From the NCBI GenBank assembly GCA_038736825.1, contig JAVYME010000013.1, positions 1 to 27,573 of the forward strand: DNA of 27,573 nt. Direction: 5' to 3'. The position numbers and the translations under genes are program-made. Shown here one piece after another: positions 24,018 through 27,573 of the stretch (positions are counted from its first letter, which is position 1; each line of letters opens with the position of its first letter). The stretch comes from Candidatus Iainarchaeum sp. (lineage in GTDB: Archaea; Iainarchaeota; Iainarchaeia; Iainarchaeales; DTGL01). Below the pieces are notes generated by a model. It worked only from the letters and a program-made list of their open reading frames with translations. It was not told the origin of the DNA and made no database searches.

Positions 24018-25301
24018 TTGTTTCACTTGGTGCGCTTGATGGAAAAAAAAGCGAAAACCTTTCACTTGGAAGGCTATGGTTGTTCTTTGAATCAAGCGGA
24101 AACAGAAAGAATTGCTTTGTTATTAGAGAGCTCGGGTTTTAAAAGGGAAAGAGCGGAAAAAGCCGCTTTCCTTTTGCTTAACACTTGCGCTGTAAAAACT
24201 CCCACTGAAAACAAAATGCTCAAAAGGGCAAGAGAGCTTTCCCTTATTGCAAAAAAGTCTGGAGCAAGGCTTGTGGTTTGCGGTTGCCTTCCACTTGTAT
24301 GTCCTGAAAAAATAAAAATGGAGTGTGAAAACGCAGAATTGCTTGGAACCAGCCTGGCGGAAATCGCTGGCTTTTTTGAAATCCCTTTTTCCAGCAAAAA
24401 CTTTAATGTTGCCTCCAAAAAAAACGAATGCATTTCCATAATTCCAATAGCACAGGGTTGTTTGGGAAACTGCACTTATTGTTGTGTTAAAAACGCAAGA
24501 GGCAGCCTGAAAAGCCTGCCTGTGGCAGAAATAGAAAGCGCTTTCACTAGCGCACTTGAATGTTCAAAGGAAATCTGGCTGACAGCAAATGACACAGGCT
24601 GTTATGGTTTTGAAAAAAAAACAAATCTTGCAGTGCTTCTTGAGAATCTCCTTAAAAACAATGGTGATTTCAGGATTAGGCTGGGAATGATGAATCCAGC
24701 CAATGCAAAAAAATTTTTTCCAAAACTTTTAAGGATAATGGAAGACGAGCGCGTTTACAAGTTTTTGCACATGCCTGTACAATCAGGTTCTGACAAAATC
24801 CTGCAACTCATGGAAAGGCATTGCACTGCAAGCGATTTTGAAAAAATGGCTGTCAGAGCACGAGAAAAATTTCCGAATGCCACGCTTGCCACAGACATTA
24901 TTGTAGCGTTCCCGCAAGAAACCGAAAAAGACTTTAATGAAAGCCTTGCATTGCTGGAAAGAGTTAAGCCAGACATAGTTAATGTTTCAAGGTTTGGTGC
25001 AAGGCCCGGCACTATTGCTGCAAGCTTGCCTGGAAAAATTTCTGGCAGCATTGCAAAGCAGAGGACAAGAATTGTTTCAGCCAAAGCAAGAGAGTTAGCC
25101 CTTGAAAGGAACAGTTTGCTTGTTGGCTGTAAGGAAAAAATCCTTGTTTCTGAAAAAGGGTCAAAGGGCGGGTTCATTGGGAGAACAAATTCGTATAAGC
25201 CTGTTGCCGTTGGAAATGCCGAAATGTGCTGTTTTGCTGAAGCTTTGATAAAGAAGGCTTTTCCAACCTATTTGGAGGGCGAAATCCTGCATAAAAATTA
25301 G
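24018..25301 (+). CDS. Radical-SAM methylthiotransferase, archaeal MiaB-like/MtaB (CDKAL1-like) type; likely start ATG 24039
   Basis: N-terminal UPF0004 cluster cysteines (GCSLNQAE..., LNTCAV, VCGCL), the radical SAM motif AQGCLGNCTYCCV, and a C-terminal TRAM-like domain. Confidence 0.85.
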   Translation: MFHLVRLMEKKAKTFHLEGYGCSLNQAETERIALLLESSGFKRERAEKAAFLLLNTCAVKTPTENKMLKRARELSLIAKKSGARLVVCGCLPLVCPEKIKMECENAELLGTSLAEIAGFFEIPFSSKNFNVASKKNECISIIPIAQGCLGNCTYCCVKNARGSLKSLPVAEIESAFTSALECSKEIWLTANDTGCYGFEKKTNLAVLLENLLKNNGDFRIRLGMMNPANAKKFFPKLLRIMEDERVYKFLHMPVQSGSDKILQLMERHCTASDFEKMAVRAREKFPNATLATDIIVAFPQETEKDFNESLALLERVKPDIVNVSRFGARPGTIAASLPGKISGSIAKQRTRIVSAKARELALERNSLLVGCKEKILVSEKGSKGGFIGRTNSYKPVAVGNAEMCCFAEALIKKAFPTYLEGEILHKN

Positions 25302-25330
25302 GTTTAAAATCCTTCGTTGGCACATATTTT

Positions 25331-26140
25331 TTGCTTGTCTTTTGGTTTGGCGGCATAAACATGATTCTGGAAAATTCTTGGAAGGAATATCTTTCCAATT
25401 TTAGGGCGGCTCTGGCGTTTGGCTTGCTTTTGTTCTTTGTGCCATTTTTTATGCTGGACTTTTTTGCATCTCAAAACATTTTTTTCTCTTCAGGTTCTTT
25501 TTTTCTTGAATACAATGTTGCAGCGCCAGCAGTGCTCTTGGTGGAATTTGCTCTTTTGTCTGTCTTCCTTGTCTTCTTTGCCTTTTTCTTGTCTTTAATT
25601 GTTTTTGGGGTAAGGAAAAACCTGAGCAAGGTGAGGGTTGAATACTATCTTGCAGAAATGATTCAAAAGTTTTCTTTGAAAATCTTTCTTTTCTTTTGGT
25701 TTTACCTTTTGGCTTTTTTTGTTTTTGGATTACTGGTTTCAATTTTCATTGGCCCTGCTTTTACCGTGCTTTTAGTTTCAATAATCTTGCTTGTGTTTTC
25801 CCTTTTTGCCCTTTTTGTTCCTCAAGCAATAGTGGTTGATGAGGTAAGCACAACTGATGCATTCAAAGAGAGCGCTTTATTCATTGCAAAAAACCCTCGC
25901 TCTTTCCTTACAGTGGTTTGCCTTGGCATTGTTCTCACAACAGCGGTTATATTGTTAGAGTATGCGCTTGATTTTTTGGCTATTTGGCTTTTGCCAGGCA
26001 GGTTTGTTTCAATAATAATTTTTTTGGTTTTCGTAGTGCCATTCCTTGAAGTGCTAAAAACCTATATTTATATGATGAAATTTGATTTGGTTAAAATGAG
26101 TGAAATGGCTCACAGCAAGGCTTTCAGGAAAAAGCGCTAA
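25331..26140 (+). CDS. Hypothetical polytopic membrane protein (likely start ATG 25361)
   Basis: About 6 strongly hydrophobic Phe/Leu-rich segments and a basic C-terminus. I recognised no catalytic motif. Confidence 0.55.
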   Translation: MLVFWFGGINMILENSWKEYLSNFRAALAFGLLLFFVPFFMLDFFASQNIFFSSGSFFLEYNVAAPAVLLVEFALLSVFLVFFAFFLSLIVFGVRKNLSKVRVEYYLAEMIQKFSLKIFLFFWFYLLAFFVFGLLVSIFIGPAFTVLLVSIILLVFSLFALFVPQAIVVDEVSTTDAFKESALFIAKNPRSFLTVVCLGIVLTTAVILLEYALDFLAIWLLPGRFVSIIIFLVFVVPFLEVLKTYIYMMKFDLVKMSEMAHSKAFRKKR

Positions 26141-26270
26141 ACTTTTTTTGCAGTTTTTTCAAAAAAGCCTTTTAGTTAAACCAATGATTTTAAAACCAAA
26201 TTTTCAAAAAGCAAACTTTTTATTTATTATTATTTAGTATTGTTAATGGGTTTGTTTTTGGGGGCTTTGA

Positions 26271-26744
26271 ATGATTTCTTCTATTGACAAAATCGACTAC
26301 CAGATTCTCAAAAGGCTTATTGAAGACGGCCGAACTTCCTATAGGGCGATAGCTGATGAAACCGATTTGACGGATGTGGCAATAAAGAAAAGGGTTGACG
26401 CATTAAAGCGCAAAGGCATAATCTCTTCCATTTCAGCCAATCTTGACCTAAGCGTTATAGGATTTGAAAAACCCGTTTTTCTGCAAATCCGGACAGACCT
26501 TTCAAAGCACAAGGACGTAATGAAAAAACTGGAATCGCTTGAGCACGTTAACGAGGTTTACCAAGTAATGGGCGAATACAATCTCTTGCTAAAGGCAGTT
26601 CTTCCAGATTCCCCTTCCACTAAAGAATTCTTGGACAGGCTGGCTTCAATTGACGGCGTTCTAGACATGAAAAGCATGGTGGTATTGGAAAAAGTCAAGT
26701 CCTCAAATTCGCTTCCAAGCACAGTATTGCAAAAACGCCTTTAA
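26271..26744 (+). CDS. Lrp/AsnC family transcriptional regulator
   Basis: N-terminal HTH IDYQILKRLIEDGRTSYRAIADETDLTDVAIKKRVDALKRKGII, followed by an RAM/AsnC_trans_reg-like ligand domain (...VYQVMGEYNLLLKAV...). Confidence 0.9.
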   Translation: MISSIDKIDYQILKRLIEDGRTSYRAIADETDLTDVAIKKRVDALKRKGIISSISANLDLSVIGFEKPVFLQIRTDLSKHKDVMKKLESLEHVNEVYQVMGEYNLLLKAVLPDSPSTKEFLDRLASIDGVLDMKSMVVLEKVKSSNSLPSTVLQKRL

Positions 26745-26896
26745 ACTTTTGCTTTTATTTTTTGCAATTCCTGTCGACATTTTGAATTCTTTTATCTTTT
26801 TTTTTGAACAAAGTTCAATATGGGTTTCTTGCGTGCTTGTTTTTATTCTTTTTCTTGTAAAGGTTTCTCTTAGATGGTTTTCTGGTCGGGTTTTTT

Positions 26897-27573
26897 ATGG
26901 AACTAATTGTTGCAGAAAAACCAATTGCTGGAAAAAGAATTGCTGAACTGTTGGCTGGCGGAAAGGTTGCAGAAGAGCACGAGCATGGCGCGATTTTTTA
27001 TTCTTTTGAAAGAGATGGGGAAAAAGCCTTTGTGTTTCCACTCAAGGGCCACATAAAGGATGTTGATTTTCCAAAGCATTTTGCTCCCTGGCTTGGAACA
27101 GACCTTGCAAGGCTTGCAAACGCTGAAGTTATTTATTCTGAAAAAGAAAAGGGCATAATTGCCTTGCTGAAATCACGCGCTCCTGAATTTGAGAGAGTTA
27201 TTTTTGCCACTGACTCTGACAGGGAAGGGGAAAGCATTGCCCTTGAAGCACTGCAATGCCTTCAAGAATCCAACAAGAACATAACCGTCAAAAGAGCGAA
27301 TTTTTCTGCAATAACAGCTGAAGAAATAAAAAGCGCTTTTTCATCTCTTGGCGAGCTTGACTACAATCTCGCTGATTCAGCGGATGCAAGGCGCGAAATA
27401 GACCTTGTCTGGGGGGCAGTCCTCACAAGATTCCTTTCCCTTGTTTCAGGACGCCTTGGAAGCGAATTCCTTTCAGCTGGAAGAGTTCAAAGCCCAACCC
27501 TTGCCCTAATAGTTGACCGTGAAAAGGAAATCCTTGCATTCAAGCCAGTCCCTTATTACGAATTGCAGGCAAC
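26897..27573 (+). CDS. topA: Type IA DNA topoisomerase (TopA/Topo III-like), N-terminal part; 3' end outside the window
   Basis: Hand translation from ATG 26897: MELIVAEKPIAGKRIAELL... (Toprim start), FATDSDREGESIA (DxDxEGE), DARREIDLVWG and SAGRVQSPTLALIVDRE. The frame is open to the window edge and is not in the ORF track because it has no stop. Confidence 0.9.
   Translation, partial: MELIVAEKPIAGKRIAELLAGGKVAEEHEHGAIFYSFERDGEKAFVFPLKGHIKDVDFPKHFAPWLGTDLARLANAEVIYSEKEKGIIALLKSRAPEFERVIFATDSDREGESIALEALQCLQESNKNITVKRANFSAITAEEIKSAFSSLGELDYNLADSADARREIDLVWGAVLTRFLSLVSGRLGSEFLSAGRVQSPTLALIVDREKEILAFKPVPYYELQA

Noticed and set aside
26749-26946. 65-aa hydrophobic ORF between the Lrp/AsnC gene and topA
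   Set aside because: It overlaps the well-supported topA start (ATG 26897) in another frame, has no RBS, and comes from T-rich sequence.
1-27573. CRISPR arrays, transposases, integrases, toxin-antitoxin pairs or known defence-system genes
   Set aside because: I saw no regularly spaced direct repeats and no recombinase, nuclease or defence-type motifs in any of the listed translations. The window looks like core chromosome plus a surface-structure locus.

Overview
This is a compact archaeal chromosomal segment. The archaeal hallmarks are an MCM helicase, an RFC small subunit, an NreA-like repair protein, class III signal-peptide pilins and an intron-containing tRNA. Gene packing is tight, GGTGA/GGAGG-type ribosome-binding sites are common, and several genes appear to start at TTG or GTG. 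A small-genome (possibly DPANN-like) archaeon is plausible, but that is inference only. Housekeeping content: a partial M50 site-2 protease with CBS domains, tRNA-Ser(CGA) with a long intron, htpX, lemA, metG (interrupted by a frameshift in the HIGH motif), mcm, thrS, an nreA-like gene, rfcS, pdxS/pdxT, an archaeal-type MiaB-like methylthiotransferase, an Lrp/AsnC regulator and the 5' part of a type IA topoisomerase. The accessory-looking content is a nine-gene Epd/Tad-like type IV pilus operon on the minus strand (6830..13671). It includes two miniature pilin genes that fall below the ORF-track size cutoff, and a platform protein with a Cys-rich extracytoplasmic loop. There is also a 1188-aa Cys-rich surface protein built from two tandem modules, each with a signal peptide, an ectodomain and a TM anchor. 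I saw no CRISPR array, rRNA, transposase, integrase or recognisable defence genes. All family assignments come from reading motifs in the translations, and no database search was run.
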